Source: an uncultured Acidobacteriaceae bacterium (GTDB lineage: Bacteria; Acidobacteriota; Terriglobia; Terriglobales; Acidobacteriaceae). From it: a DNA stretch of 64,000 nt. Position 1 is the stretch's first letter. The number at the start of each line of letters is the position of its first letter. Position numbers and translations under genes: made by a program. The notes under the pieces are model-generated. The model saw only the letters and a program-made list of their open reading frames with translations. It was not told the DNA's origin and ran no database searches. Shown piece after piece: positions 20,865-30,539 of the stretch. The stretch is taken from NCBI GenBank assembly GCA_963773915.1, contig CAVZCY010000003.1:5914-69913 (forward strand). The letters are read 5' to 3'.

Positions 20865-21174
20865 TGGTGGGCGAGGCGGGACTCGAACTTGAGCCGCTGT
20901 GCGGGCGTGAGCGAAGCGAGAGCCCGCGGGCGAAATCCTGAGCGCAGTCGAAGGACCTTGCAGCCTGTGGTGGGCGAGGCGGGACTCGAACTTGAGCCGC
21001 TATGCGGGCGTGAGCGAAGCGGGAGCCCGCAGGCGAAATCCTGAGCGCAGTCGAAGGACCTTGCAGCCTGTGGTGGGCGACGCGGGACTCGAACTTGAGC
21101 CGCTATGCGGGCGTGAGCGAAGCGGGAGCCCTGCAGGCGAAATCCTGAGCGCAGTCGAAGGACCTTGCAGCCTA
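20865..21174. repeat. Three tandem 103/103/104-bp units, each carrying the 24 3'-terminal nt of tRNA-Arg plus a family A core
   Basis: tggtgggcgaggcgggactcgaac starts at 20865, 20968, 21071 (one mismatch) and 21175 (the real tRNA). Confidence 0.93.
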
Positions 21175-21251
<77 letters not shown>

Positions 21252-21351
21252 ACGCTCTTCATTGTAGCTTTTTCGTCGCCAATTCGGCATTTGCGCGCAG
21301 CCTCGAGAACCCGCGACGACAGCGCCTATCACTGCCCGAAGGGGCCGACGC

Positions 21352-23016
21352 TCACGTCAGCGCCAGATACTCGTGCGCCAGCCGCACCACCATCGATCCC
21401 TCGCCTACTGCCGACGCCACGCGATTCATTGCGCCGGCACGAAGGTCGCCCGCGGCAAATACGCCGGGAACGCTGGTCTCCAGAATCAGCGGATCGCGCT
21501 GCTCCTTCCAGATGCGCGCGTAGCCATCCGCTGCCATCACATCGCGGCCCGTGAGCACAAATCCTTTGGCGTCACGCAACACATCGGCGGCAAGCCAGCC
21601 GCACCTGGGGCTGGTACCGATGAAGATAAACAGCGCGTCCGCGTCCTCAGTTTGCATCGATCCATCCGCGAGTGATTTAAGCGTGACTCTCTCAACATGG
21701 CCCTCGCCCTCGACGCGCTCGATTTCAGTGCCGGGACGAAGGTGGATGTTCGGCGTCTTCTCGATCTGTTCAATCAGATACTGCGACATGGTGTCGCGCA
21801 AACTTTCGCGGCGAATTACAATTTCGACTTCGCTCGCGTAGCGCGCCAAATAGATCGCTCCCTGCCCCGCCGAGTTTCCGCCGCCTACAACCAGCACTCG
21901 CCGGTCGCGAAAGGCCGCCGCTTCTGTGGTTGCCGCGCCATAATAAACACCCGCGCCGGTGTGTTCCGCAATCCCTTGCGCCGGATGTTCGCGATACGAC
22001 ATCCCGGTGCTCGCCAGCAGCGCGCGTGCTACGATTTGCCGGCCATCGCCGAGCGTGAGCTGCTTGTATCCGCCCTCGATCGACATTCCGGTCACTTCCA
22101 GCGGCACCAGAAACTCCGCGCCCAGCCGCTGCGCCTGAGACAGCGCGCGCCGCGTCAACTCGCTCCCGCTCACGCCCGCGGGAAATCCCAGATAGTTCTC
22201 GATCCGCGAACTCGTGCCCGCCTGGCCGCCCGGCGCGTGGCGATCGAGCAAAATCGTTCGCAGCCCCTCTGACGCGCCGTACACGGCAGCGCCGAGTCCT
22301 GCCGGGCCTGCTCCGACAATTGCCAGATCGTACACTTCGAACGCGGCTGTTAACGGTTTGCCCAGCCGTTCCGCCACTTGCCGCGGATCCGGATTGCGCA
22401 TCACCGGCGATCCGTCGTCGAAGAACAGCGCCGGAAGTCCCTCGGTGCCTACGCCGGCCGCATCGAGCAGCGTGCATGCGTCCGCATCGCGTGTCACCTC
22501 AAGCCAGCGATAAGGAATCAGGTTGCTCGCCAGAAAATCCTTGATTGCGTGGGATTGCGGAGACCATTGATGGCCTACCAGCCGGAGCCCCTTCGCCTCC
22601 GGCAATGACTCAGCCTGCCATGCATCCAGCAGATCGTCGACCGCCGGGAACAGCCGCTCTTCCGGCGGATCCCACGGCTTGGAAAGATAGTGATCGAGAT
22701 GCGCTTCGTTGATCGCTTTCACCGCTGCGTCGATATCCGAGTAAGCGGTCAGCAAAACTCTGCGCGCCAGTGGGTAAATTGCGCGCGATTTCGCCAGCAC
22801 TTCGCTGCCCATCATGCCCGGCATGCGTTGATCGCAGATCAGCATGGCCAGCGAATCGCCGCGGCTCTTCAGCTCGCGCATCGCATTCAGCGCATCGTCA
22901 CCCGATGCCGCGCTCATCACCGTGTAGCTCTCACGGTAACGGGAGCGAAGATCGCGGCGCACCGCGGCAAGCACCTGCGGATCGTCATCCACAATCATCA
23001 GTACGGGCTTGTTCAT
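21352..23016 (-). CDS. Response-regulator receiver fused to a thioredoxin-reductase-like FAD/NAD(P)H oxidoreductase
   Basis: REC (IVDDD, CDQRMP, LLTAY, SKPW), glutaredoxin-like linker, GAGPAG, GGQA, IENYLGFP, GGGNSA, GVFAAGD. Confidence 0.9.
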   Translation of the reverse strand: MNKPVLMIVDDDPQVLAAVRRDLRSRYRESYTVMSAASGDDALNAMRELKSRGDSLAMLICDQRMPGMMGSEVLAKSRAIYPLARRVLLTAYSDIDAAVKAINEAHLDHYLSKPWDPPEERLFPAVDDLLDAWQAESLPEAKGLRLVGHQWSPQSHAIKDFLASNLIPYRWLEVTRDADACTLLDAAGVGTEGLPALFFDDGSPVMRNPDPRQVAERLGKPLTAAFEVYDLAIVGAGPAGLGAAVYGASEGLRTILLDRHAPGGQAGTSSRIENYLGFPAGVSGSELTRRALSQAQRLGAEFLVPLEVTGMSIEGGYKQLTLGDGRQIVARALLASTGMSYREHPAQGIAEHTGAGVYYGAATTEAAAFRDRRVLVVGGGNSAGQGAIYLARYASEVEIVIRRESLRDTMSQYLIEQIEKTPNIHLRPGTEIERVEGEGHVERVTLKSLADGSMQTEDADALFIFIGTSPRCGWLAADVLRDAKGFVLTGRDVMAADGYARIWKEQRDPLILETSVPGVFAAGDLRAGAMNRVASAVGEGSMVVRLAHEYLALT

Positions 23017-24428
23017 CGCGCCATTCCTTCGGTTCCAGTCTCGGCAATCGGCAACCCGACTCGAAACTCCGTGCGCCCCGCTCGTGATTCCACTTCAATA
23101 GTTCCGCCGTTGTGGCGAACCAGTCGCCTCACAATGTCCAGACCAAGACCGGTTCCCTGCCCCATCGGCTTGGTTGTAAAAAACGGATCGAAGATGCTTT
23201 CGCGGATCGCCGCCGGAATGCCGGGTCCATCGTCGATTACCCTCACTACGACGCGCTCTCCCTCACGCTTCGCCTCCACTTCAACGCGGCCTCCATCCGG
23301 CACCGCATCCAGTGCGTTATCAATCAGGTTTCCCCATATTTGGTTCAGCTCACCTGCGTATCCACGCACGCGTGGCAGGCCCGCTTCCAATTCGATTTCA
23401 ACCGCCGCGGACTTCTGCCCTGCTTTCGCCCTGAGCACAGTGACTGTGTTTCCCAGGCTCGGTCCCAGATCCACTGGCTCAGCCACCATCGCCTGATCCA
23501 TGTGCGTGAATCCCTTGATGGCCATCACTAAGCCGGAAACACGCATCGCCGCCTCCTGAATCTCCATTGCCAGGGTCCGCACGGCGCAGCCGGCCGCAGC
23601 CCAGCGCAACACCCCGTCCAGCGCCGGTCCCTGCACTGCAGCCGCGAGCTGGTCGAGCGCCTCAAGGGTCACCTGAGTATCGGCAAGGCTTTCAGCGCTG
23701 GCGGTATCGAGAGCATGATCGGCAAGCCAGTCGGCAATCCCCTCTTCGCGATCCGCCTGTTGAACAGGTGACCGCACTCCTTTCGGTGCCTTCGAAATGC
23801 AAGCCGCCCGAATTGATTTCACGGCGGCCAGCTGCGCCTCGCTCAACCGGGCCGCGCCCAACGCTTCTGTCGCAGTCTCTGCCTCACCCAGCCGATCCTC
23901 AAGTAGCGCCGCGCTGCGCTCAATAGCTGAAGCGGGGTTATTCAGCTCGTGAGCCAATCCGGCCGAAAGCTTGCCCAGCGAGATCATCTTCTCGTTCTGC
24001 AAGTCGCCTGACGTGAACAGCCGCGCACGGTCAAGCATCGTATGCACCAAAATGCCGGTCACTACAAAGCATTCGCGGGTCAGAGCTTGAAGCTCTTCCC
24101 TTGGAATCGACAAAATCTCGGTAGGTTCCTCGGCTATAGCGTTCCCGGGCGCGCTCGTCATTCGAGAATAAGGCAACGTTCCCGACACTTCGCCCGTGCG
24201 CCACTCAATCATTTTTTGCGGGCCCGACCCTCGATCGACGGATAGCGAGACGTGACCGGCAAGGACGATATGCATGCCCTCAACTGGCTGGCCCTTGCGA
24301 GAAAGTACATCGCCGGCCTCGAGGTGGTGCAGCCTCCCATGCGACGCCAGCCAGGCCAGTTCCTCACGAGGCGCTGCGCCCAGAGCCTTGTGTTCCGCAA
24401 GCCGATCGATCAGATCCATCGCTGTCAC
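23013..24428 (-). CDS. Sensor histidine kinase with an N-terminal cyclic-nucleotide-binding-like domain
   Basis: AHELNNP H-box, NLIDNA, DDGPG, FFTTK, GTGLGL. Four-base overlap with the downstream REC gene. Confidence 0.9.
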   Translation of the reverse strand: MTAMDLIDRLAEHKALGAAPREELAWLASHGRLHHLEAGDVLSRKGQPVEGMHIVLAGHVSLSVDRGSGPQKMIEWRTGEVSGTLPYSRMTSAPGNAIAEEPTEILSIPREELQALTRECFVVTGILVHTMLDRARLFTSGDLQNEKMISLGKLSAGLAHELNNPASAIERSAALLEDRLGEAETATEALGAARLSEAQLAAVKSIRAACISKAPKGVRSPVQQADREEGIADWLADHALDTASAESLADTQVTLEALDQLAAAVQGPALDGVLRWAAAGCAVRTLAMEIQEAAMRVSGLVMAIKGFTHMDQAMVAEPVDLGPSLGNTVTVLRAKAGQKSAAVEIELEAGLPRVRGYAGELNQIWGNLIDNALDAVPDGGRVEVEAKREGERVVVRVIDDGPGIPAAIRESIFDPFFTTKPMGQGTGLGLDIVRRLVRHNGGTIEVESRAGRTEFRVGLPIAETGTEGMAR

Positions 24429-24524
24429 CCACGCGTGCTTTCTTCGTTCGCAACGATGTTTGTTTTGCCCCGCTCCAAGGTAGCAGACAGATTGGCGGCC
24501 GGAAAACTAATTCGGAAACTTCGA

Positions 24525-25571
24525 TTAGCCGTTCCGAGCGTTCACTTCCGTCACGCTCTCAAGGTAACGGATCACGGCGGCCTCGGCCCAGTGAACACCG
24601 TCAGCGGAACGGCGGCTGAGAAAAGCGCAGTGGCCTCCGTGGCGCGGTTCGATGAATTCGATGTGCGGATTAGCAAAAATTCGCTCGCGGGTTTCCGGAA
24701 TGAGGCGAATGAACGGATCGTTCTGCGCGCGAAGAATGAGCGCCGGAACAGCAACGCGGTCGATGACACGTGCGCTGGCGGCGCGGAAGTAGTAGTCGTC
24801 CGCATCGCTGAAGTTGCAGTGGGGCGCGACTATCTTCTGGTCGAACTCCCGGATCGAGCGCACGGGACCAATGTTGTCGCTTCGATAAACGCCTGGAAAC
24901 AGCGCCGCCTTGTAGTGGAAGTGCTGCATCAACGCGCGCAGAAAATGGCGTTCGTAAATCAAGTTGGGTGTCTCGTGCAGCGCGTCGGCGCAGTTGGCGA
25001 GATCAATAGCCGGGCAAACCGTGGCCACCGCAACAAGCGGCCGCCGAGAGCCCCATTCGCCTGCGAGCTTCAGCACCATGTTGCCGCCCATGGAGTAACC
25101 GACCAGCGCCACGCGCTCCAGCCCAAAGCGCTCAGTGAAGTGGCGAACTACCGCGCCCACATCGCTCGAGCGGCCCGAATGGTAAAGCGTAGGCGTCAGC
25201 GCTTCTGATCCGCCGCAGTTCCGCATGTTCATGCGCACGACGTTCATTCCCGCGTCCCAGGCCCGTGCCGCAACGCCCCGGATGTAGCGCGAGTTGGATG
25301 AGCCATTAAGTCCGTGCACCAGCACGGCAGTCAGTCGCTTGGCGCGCACCGGCTCAGGCTGCCAATGGCAATGGCACAAAACGCGACTGCCGTCGGCGGG
25401 GTCCACTTCCACGGTTTCCGCCTCGGCGGCCAGAGTAAACGCAGGGCGGGGTAGAAAATTACCAACAATGGTTTGAAGATGGCCGTTCGTCAGCCACGGA
25501 TGCGGCTCAAATGAGGTAAGCCAGCTCGGTGGCGCCTCAGTTTCCTCAGCGAGCGTGTCTGCTTGTGTCAC
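24525..25571 (-). CDS. YheT-family alpha/beta hydrolase
   Basis: NGHLQTI, VHGLNGSS, RNCGG, GYSMGG, NDPF, GGHCAF. Confidence 0.88.
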   Translation of the reverse strand: MTQADTLAEETEAPPSWLTSFEPHPWLTNGHLQTIVGNFLPRPAFTLAAEAETVEVDPADGSRVLCHCHWQPEPVRAKRLTAVLVHGLNGSSNSRYIRGVAARAWDAGMNVVRMNMRNCGGSEALTPTLYHSGRSSDVGAVVRHFTERFGLERVALVGYSMGGNMVLKLAGEWGSRRPLVAVATVCPAIDLANCADALHETPNLIYERHFLRALMQHFHYKAALFPGVYRSDNIGPVRSIREFDQKIVAPHCNFSDADDYYFRAASARVIDRVAVPALILRAQNDPFIRLIPETRERIFANPHIEFIEPRHGGHCAFLSRRSADGVHWAEAAVIRYLESVTEVNARNG

Positions 25572-25628
25572 AGAGGCTTTCCCCCTGAATGCGAAAGTTC
25601 AGTCTTTGCCATTTTCGGGGGGACTTTT

Positions 25629-25704
25629 TGGGGCGGCTAGTGGGGATCGAACCCACGACATCCTGAGCCACAGTCAGGCGTTCTGCCGCTGAACTATAGC
25701 CGCC
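25629..25704 (-). tRNA. tRNA-His(GTG)
   Basis: Reverse strand reads GGCGGCTATAGTTCAGCGGCAGAACGCCTGACTGTGGCTCAGGATGTCGTGGGTTCGATCCCCACTAGCCGCCCCA (G-1, 8-bp acceptor). Confidence 0.96.
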
Positions 25705-25766
25705 GTCTACCCTTTCGATTGTAGCATCGATGCAGTGAGCAAAAGATTGGCCGCAGAGGAGCGAAA

Positions 25767-26327
25767 GTGCCGCAGCGCGAACCAGATGCGACCTCCGCAA
25801 GTCGTCCGCACCAGGCCGATACGGCGACCGCTCCGCAGAGCGGCGCCGCCAATTTCGATCGCTGGAATCGCGGCGCCTGGATCTTCCGCGACGAGACCCT
25901 GCGCAAGCTCGAGATTCTGCTCGACGAAGCCTTCCCCATTCCCGGCACTCGCATCCGCTTCGGTCTCGACGCAATCGTCGGCCTTGTTCCCGGCATCGGC
26001 GACGTACTGGCGGGCCTCGCTTCCATCGTGTTTCCACTCGCCGGTTGGATTCGCGGCCTTCCCTATATCACCCTTGTTCGCATGGTGGCGAACCTTGGCA
26101 TCGGCGTCCTTGTCGGGTCCATTCCGCTCCTCGGCGACGCCTTTGACATCGCGTGGAAAGCCAACCGCCGCAACTACCGCCTGCTCACGCGTCACCTCAC
26201 CGAGCCTCGCCGCCATACAGGCCGCGACTGGGCCTTCCTTCTGCTCCTTGTCGCCATTCTCGGCCTGGTCTTCGCCATCCCCGTCGTACTGGTCGTGTGG
26301 CTGATCGCGTGGCTGCTGCACCAATAG
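25767..26327 (+). CDS. DUF4112 membrane protein
   Basis: LDEAFPIPGTRIRFGLDAIVGLVPGIGD...GSIPLLGDAFDIAWKANRRN. Confidence 0.88.
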   Translation: MPQREPDATSASRPHQADTATAPQSGAANFDRWNRGAWIFRDETLRKLEILLDEAFPIPGTRIRFGLDAIVGLVPGIGDVLAGLASIVFPLAGWIRGLPYITLVRMVANLGIGVLVGSIPLLGDAFDIAWKANRRNYRLLTRHLTEPRRHTGRDWAFLLLLVAILGLVFAIPVVLVVWLIAWLLHQ

Positions 26328-26409
26328 CGGATCGGACAAACAGCCCATCCGGCACTCAACGGACCGACCCGGGCCCGACAAGAACCGCGATACAATCGAT
26401 AAAGGTTAT

Positions 26410-26486
26410 CGGGGCGTAGCGCAGTCTGGTAGCGCATCTGCTTTGGGAGCAGAGGGTCGGGGGTTCGAATCCCTCCGCCCCGACCA
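26410..26486 (+). tRNA. tRNA-Pro(TGG), integration target
   Basis: CGGGGCGTAGCGCAGTCTGGTAGCGCATCTGCTTTGGGAGCAGAGGGTCGGGGGTTCGAATCCCTCCGCCCCGACCA. Confidence 0.97.
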
Positions 26487-26699
26487 TTCGAAGCTATAGA
26501 TAATTCAAGCGATATGGCCGATTCCGGCCACGCATCTGCTATTTGCTGCTACAGGCCTCTAGTCGTTTTTGTGACGGTGTGATCCGTGTGGCCCACGGCC
26601 GGCCCTTTGGCTTTGGAACCAATGCAAGAAAGATTGCGAGCGGAGGCAGACGTGGATTTATTGATTCGCAGCCGAAAGGCAAAACGGAAATTCCGTGTG

Positions 26700-29557
26700 A
26701 TGATTATTTTTCGCCTTGTAGGTCTGTTCGCAGCCTTACGCTCTCGCTTCGCATTCCCCCGTCTGTTCACGCCGTTCGATCTTGGGGTCGGCCTCCTAAT
26801 TCTTTCGGCCTGCGCAGCTATCGGGTGTGGAGGCCACGCTGCGCAGGTTGCCCCGCCGGGTAATCCGTTGTCCATCACAAGCACTTCGCTGCCCAGCGGC
26901 GTAGTTGGGACTGCTTACAGCGCAACGCTCGCTGCCACCGGCGGTACGACGCCTTACACCTGGTCGCTGACCGCGGGCACGCTGCCCGCAGGCCTGTCTT
27001 TGAATTCAACTACCGGCGCCATCAGCGGCACTCCGACCGCAACGGCCAGCGCCACGGCGCTCACCCTCAAGCTCACCGATTCCAGCAGCCCCGCACAGTC
27101 GATGTCGGTAAACCTGACTCTGACGATTGCCCCGGTTCCACTGGTCATCAGTACTTCATCCCTGCCCAGCGGCGTAGTTGGGACTGCTTACAGCGCAACG
27201 CTCGCTGCCACAGGGGGAACGACGCCCTACACCTGGTCGCTGACCGCGGGCACACTGCCCGCGGGCCTGTCTTTGAATGCAACGACCGGCGCCATCAGCG
27301 GCACTCCAACCGCAACGGCCAGCGCCACGGCACTCACCTTCAAGCTCACCGATTCCAGCAGCCCCGCCCAGACGATGTCCGTGAACCTGACGCTGACGAT
27401 TGCCCCCGTTCCGCTGGCCATCGGCACTTCATCTCTGCCCAGCGGCTTTGTTGGGACTGCTTACAGCGCAACGCTCGCTGCCACAGGGGGAACGACGCCC
27501 TATACTTGGTCGCTGACCGCGGGCACACTGCCCGCAGGCCTGTCTTTGAATGCAACGACCGGCGCCATCAGCGGCACTCCCACCGCAACGGCCAGCGCCA
27601 CGGCACTCACCTTAGGCTCACCGATTCCGGCAGCCCCGCCCAGACGATGTCGGTGAACCTGACGCTGACCATCGCCCCCGCAATTACTGTTTCTGTCTCG
27701 CCGAAACGTGCCGGCGTTGCCGTTACTCAAACTTTGTCCGTAACCCCAACGACTGATGACACCGCCGGCGTCAACTGGTCCGCGAGCGGATCAAGTTGCA
27801 GCGGCAACGCCTGCGGCAGCTTCTCCTCCGCTCAAAGCGTCACAGGGGTAGCCGTCACTTACAGCGCTCCGTCCGTAGCCGGACTCTACACCATTACGGC
27901 CACCAGCATCACCGACCGATCAGTTTCTGCCACTGTCGCGGTTGCCGTCACAGATCTCTCCGGCGTTACCACATATCACAATAATGTCTCTCGCAATGGA
28001 GCGAATACGCAGGAATACGCGCTTACCAACACGAGCGTCACCACAGCGACTTTCGGCAAACTATTCTCGTGCACGGTCGATGGAGCAGTCTACGCGCAGC
28101 CTCTGTGGGTTCCGAACCTGACCATCTCGTCCACCAAACGAAATGTGGTGTTCGTGGCTACCCAGCACGACAGTCTTTACGCCTTCGACGCGGATTCGAG
28201 CACCAGCCCGTGTACGCCCCTGTGGCACACAAATCTTATCGATTCTGCACATGGCGGCATTTCTGGCGAAACTTCCGTGCCCTCGTCCGGCTCCGGCGCT
28301 CTCGTCGGTAGCGGCTATGGTGATATCGCGCCGGAAGTTGGAGTGACTGGTACTCCGGTGATCGATCTGACAACGAATACGTTGTATATAGTTTCAAAAT
28401 CCGTGATTGCTTCAGGACCTTCCTTCCACCAGCGCCTTCACGCAATCGATCTGGCGACCGGCAACGAGAAGTTCTCCGGCCCTGTCACAATTGCCGCCAC
28501 GTATCCCGGCACCCGCGACGGTGGCACAACAACGACTTTCGTTGCCCGCGGAGAAAATCAGCGCGCGGGTTTGGCACTTGCCAACGGAATTGTGTATATC
28601 GCATGGGCCTCGCATGAGGATACTCCACCTTATTATGGTTGGGTCATCGGGTATAACGCCAACGATCTAGCGCAGGCGAGCGTATTCAACGACTCTCCCA
28701 ATGTCGGCTCTGGGGGCATCTGGATGAGCGGGGGCGCGCCTTCGATCGACTCCTCCGGCAATCTTTATCTCATTTCCGGGAATGCCTACTTCGATGCCAC
28801 GAACTTGTCCGCCCCGAACAACGACTTCGGCGATTCGTTTCTCGAGTTGACCAGCGCCCTCAGCGTCTTTCAATACTTCACGCCGTCCGATCAGGCAACC
28901 GACAACCTCCAGGACAGCGATTTTGGCGCTGGAGGCGCCGCGATTCTTGTCGATCTTCCCGTGAATGGCACCAACCCCACACACCTAGTCATCGGGGGGG
29001 GCAAGGATGGCGCCTTGTACCTGCTTGACCGCGACAACATGGGCGGCCTGGGCGACACCAATGCCTGGCAGGAAACGAATGTCGGCGGCAGTATCTTCTC
29101 CACCGGTGCATTCTGGAACTCGAATTTTTATCTTGCCCCTGTCGGCAGCGCGCTTCATGCGCTTTCTCTCAGTTCCTCTACCGCCAAGTTGAGCTTCTTG
29201 TCTAACGCGACATCCACGTCGTTTGGCTTTCCCGGAGCAACGCCTTCAGTGTCTTCAATGCCAGACAACTCTAACGGCATTGTCTGGGCACTCGATGTCA
29301 GTCAGTACTGCACTCCTCAATCACCCGGCTGCGGCCCCGCAGTAATCCATGCCTACAATGCCACCAACCTCGCCACCGAGCTCTGGAACAGCACGAAAGG
29401 TACCGGCAACACCGCTGGAAATGCGGTGAAGTTTACTGTACCTACTGTAGCCAACGGCAAGGTCTACATCGGCACCAGGGGCAACAATGCCGGAGGCGCA
29501 GATAGCAGCACATCGATTCCCGGTGAACTGGACGTGTACGGCCTTCTGCCCAACTGA
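26700..29557 (+). CDS. Secreted/lipoprotein-like protein with three putative Ig (He_PIG) repeats and a C-terminal PQQ-like beta-propeller; frameshift ~27613
   Basis: LSACAAIGC signal, 3x [26 protein letters not shown]...[17 protein letters not shown], then [39 protein letters not shown]. Start approximate. Confidence 0.8.
26874..27690 (+). repeat. Three intragenic tandem 273-bp (91-aa) repeats
   Basis: Units start at 26874, 27147 and 27420. Near-identical at DNA level. Confidence 0.9.
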
Positions 29558-29693
29558 TCTCCCTTCAACTGCAGGGCCGAAACGAAGCCAATCAAAGGTA
29601 GTCATTCTCGCTCACCTTCAACAGGGTTCAACAAGGTGTCAAAATTGGTTCGGGACAACGGGTCGAGAATTTGGGGTCGCTACAGTACCTCCC

Positions 29694-29975
29694 AAAGGGC
29701 GCTGACGCGACAACGTCTTCGTCGAGCGCATCCGGAGGAAGTCCATCAAGTACGAGCAGGTCTACCTGCATGCCTACGTCGCGGTCAGCGAGGCCAGAAC
29801 TTCCATCGGCTGCTTCCTGGAGTTTTATGACTCCATCCGGCCGCACTCCAGCCTGAAAGCGCAAACGCCCGATCATGTATATTTCAACCGCCAGCCAGAA
29901 TCTATGGCAGCCTAAAAACAAAAACTTCCACTTAAGGAAAAAGCAAAAACTCTCCGAACGACCGGGACCACGTCT
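29694..29975 (+). pseudogene. IS3-family transposase (OrfB) C-terminal remnant with its right end
   Basis: KGR*RDNVFVER / SIKYEQVYLHAY..SEARTSIG.FLEFYDSIRPHSSL..QTPD.VYF. In-frame TGA and a frameshift. TAA at 29913-29915. Confidence 0.8.
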
Positions 29976-30122
29976 CTCTGACGGTGCGAAGCTGTTTCTG
30001 TTGCAGCCGAATTCTGGCGTGCCCTCATGCGCGCAAACTGTTAGTTGATGGCGAGATCCCCCGGGAACTGATTTGTTATTGCCCGTGGTTCCGCTGAGCA
30101 ACATCACCGACAAATTCATCAA

Positions 30123-30451
30123 TGTAGTTGATTTTGTAGCTCTCAAAGCACCCAAGAGCCACATGGATCAACACGCATGGACAGACGTACAATAAACACT
30201 TCAATCAAAAGCGTCTATTATCTCCAGATTTCAATAGGATTCAATAAACCGTTGCATCTGCTTTGGCAGCAGCGGGCCGGGGGTTCGAATCCCTCCGCCC
30301 CGACCATTACTTATCAGCATTTTGCGAGTATCTCAGTCAGCCGATAGGCAGACCCTCCGCTTTCGCGACAGAAGACTTGGTGTTGAAAGCCGCGTCTTCA
30401 TTGGGTTTTCTCTTCTCAATGGATGCAGGGACCGCTACAAAATCGTCTACA
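30123..30451. other. attP-like junction J1: tRNA-Pro 3' core (30254-30306, three mismatches) with inverted 18-bp arm motifs on both sides
   Basis: tgtagttgattttgtagc (30123-30140) and gctacaaaatcgtctaca (30434-30451) are 16/18 reverse-complementary. The arms are homologous to those of J2 and J3. Confidence 0.8.
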
Positions 30452-30539
30452 GTTCAAGATGGGAAGTCCTCTAACTCTTCATCCATGGCGTGATTTGAAT
30501 ACTGATGGGAATTTGACTAGACACAGTTGTTAATGTGAC

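Larger units (their letters stand above)
26487..30306. mobile_element. Accessory segment 1 (3.8 kb) bounded by tRNA-Pro and its first 3' duplication; no integrase
   Basis: tRNA 3'-half repeat at 30254-30306. Cargo is one large surface-protein gene plus IS debris. Confidence 0.75.

Noticed and set aside
20865-21174. CRISPR array
   Set aside because: The spacers are near-identical, the repeat is a tRNA 3' end, and there are no cas genes
26558-26575. Arm-like motif tctagtcgtttttgtgac after the intact tRNA-Pro
   Set aside because: Only 13/18 match, opposite orientation and 72 bp rather than 128 bp from the core. Cannot be distinguished from chance.
26670-26697. Riboswitch in the leader of the Ig-repeat gene (gccgaaaggc and acggaaattccgt hairpins)
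   Set aside because: Two tiny stems with no recognisable aptamer consensus
30263-30493. Short ORFs starting inside att cores (30263, 47353, 56535, 56611)
   Set aside because: They are translations of tRNA-derived and arm sequence. Only the hsdM-like part after 56662 has protein similarity.
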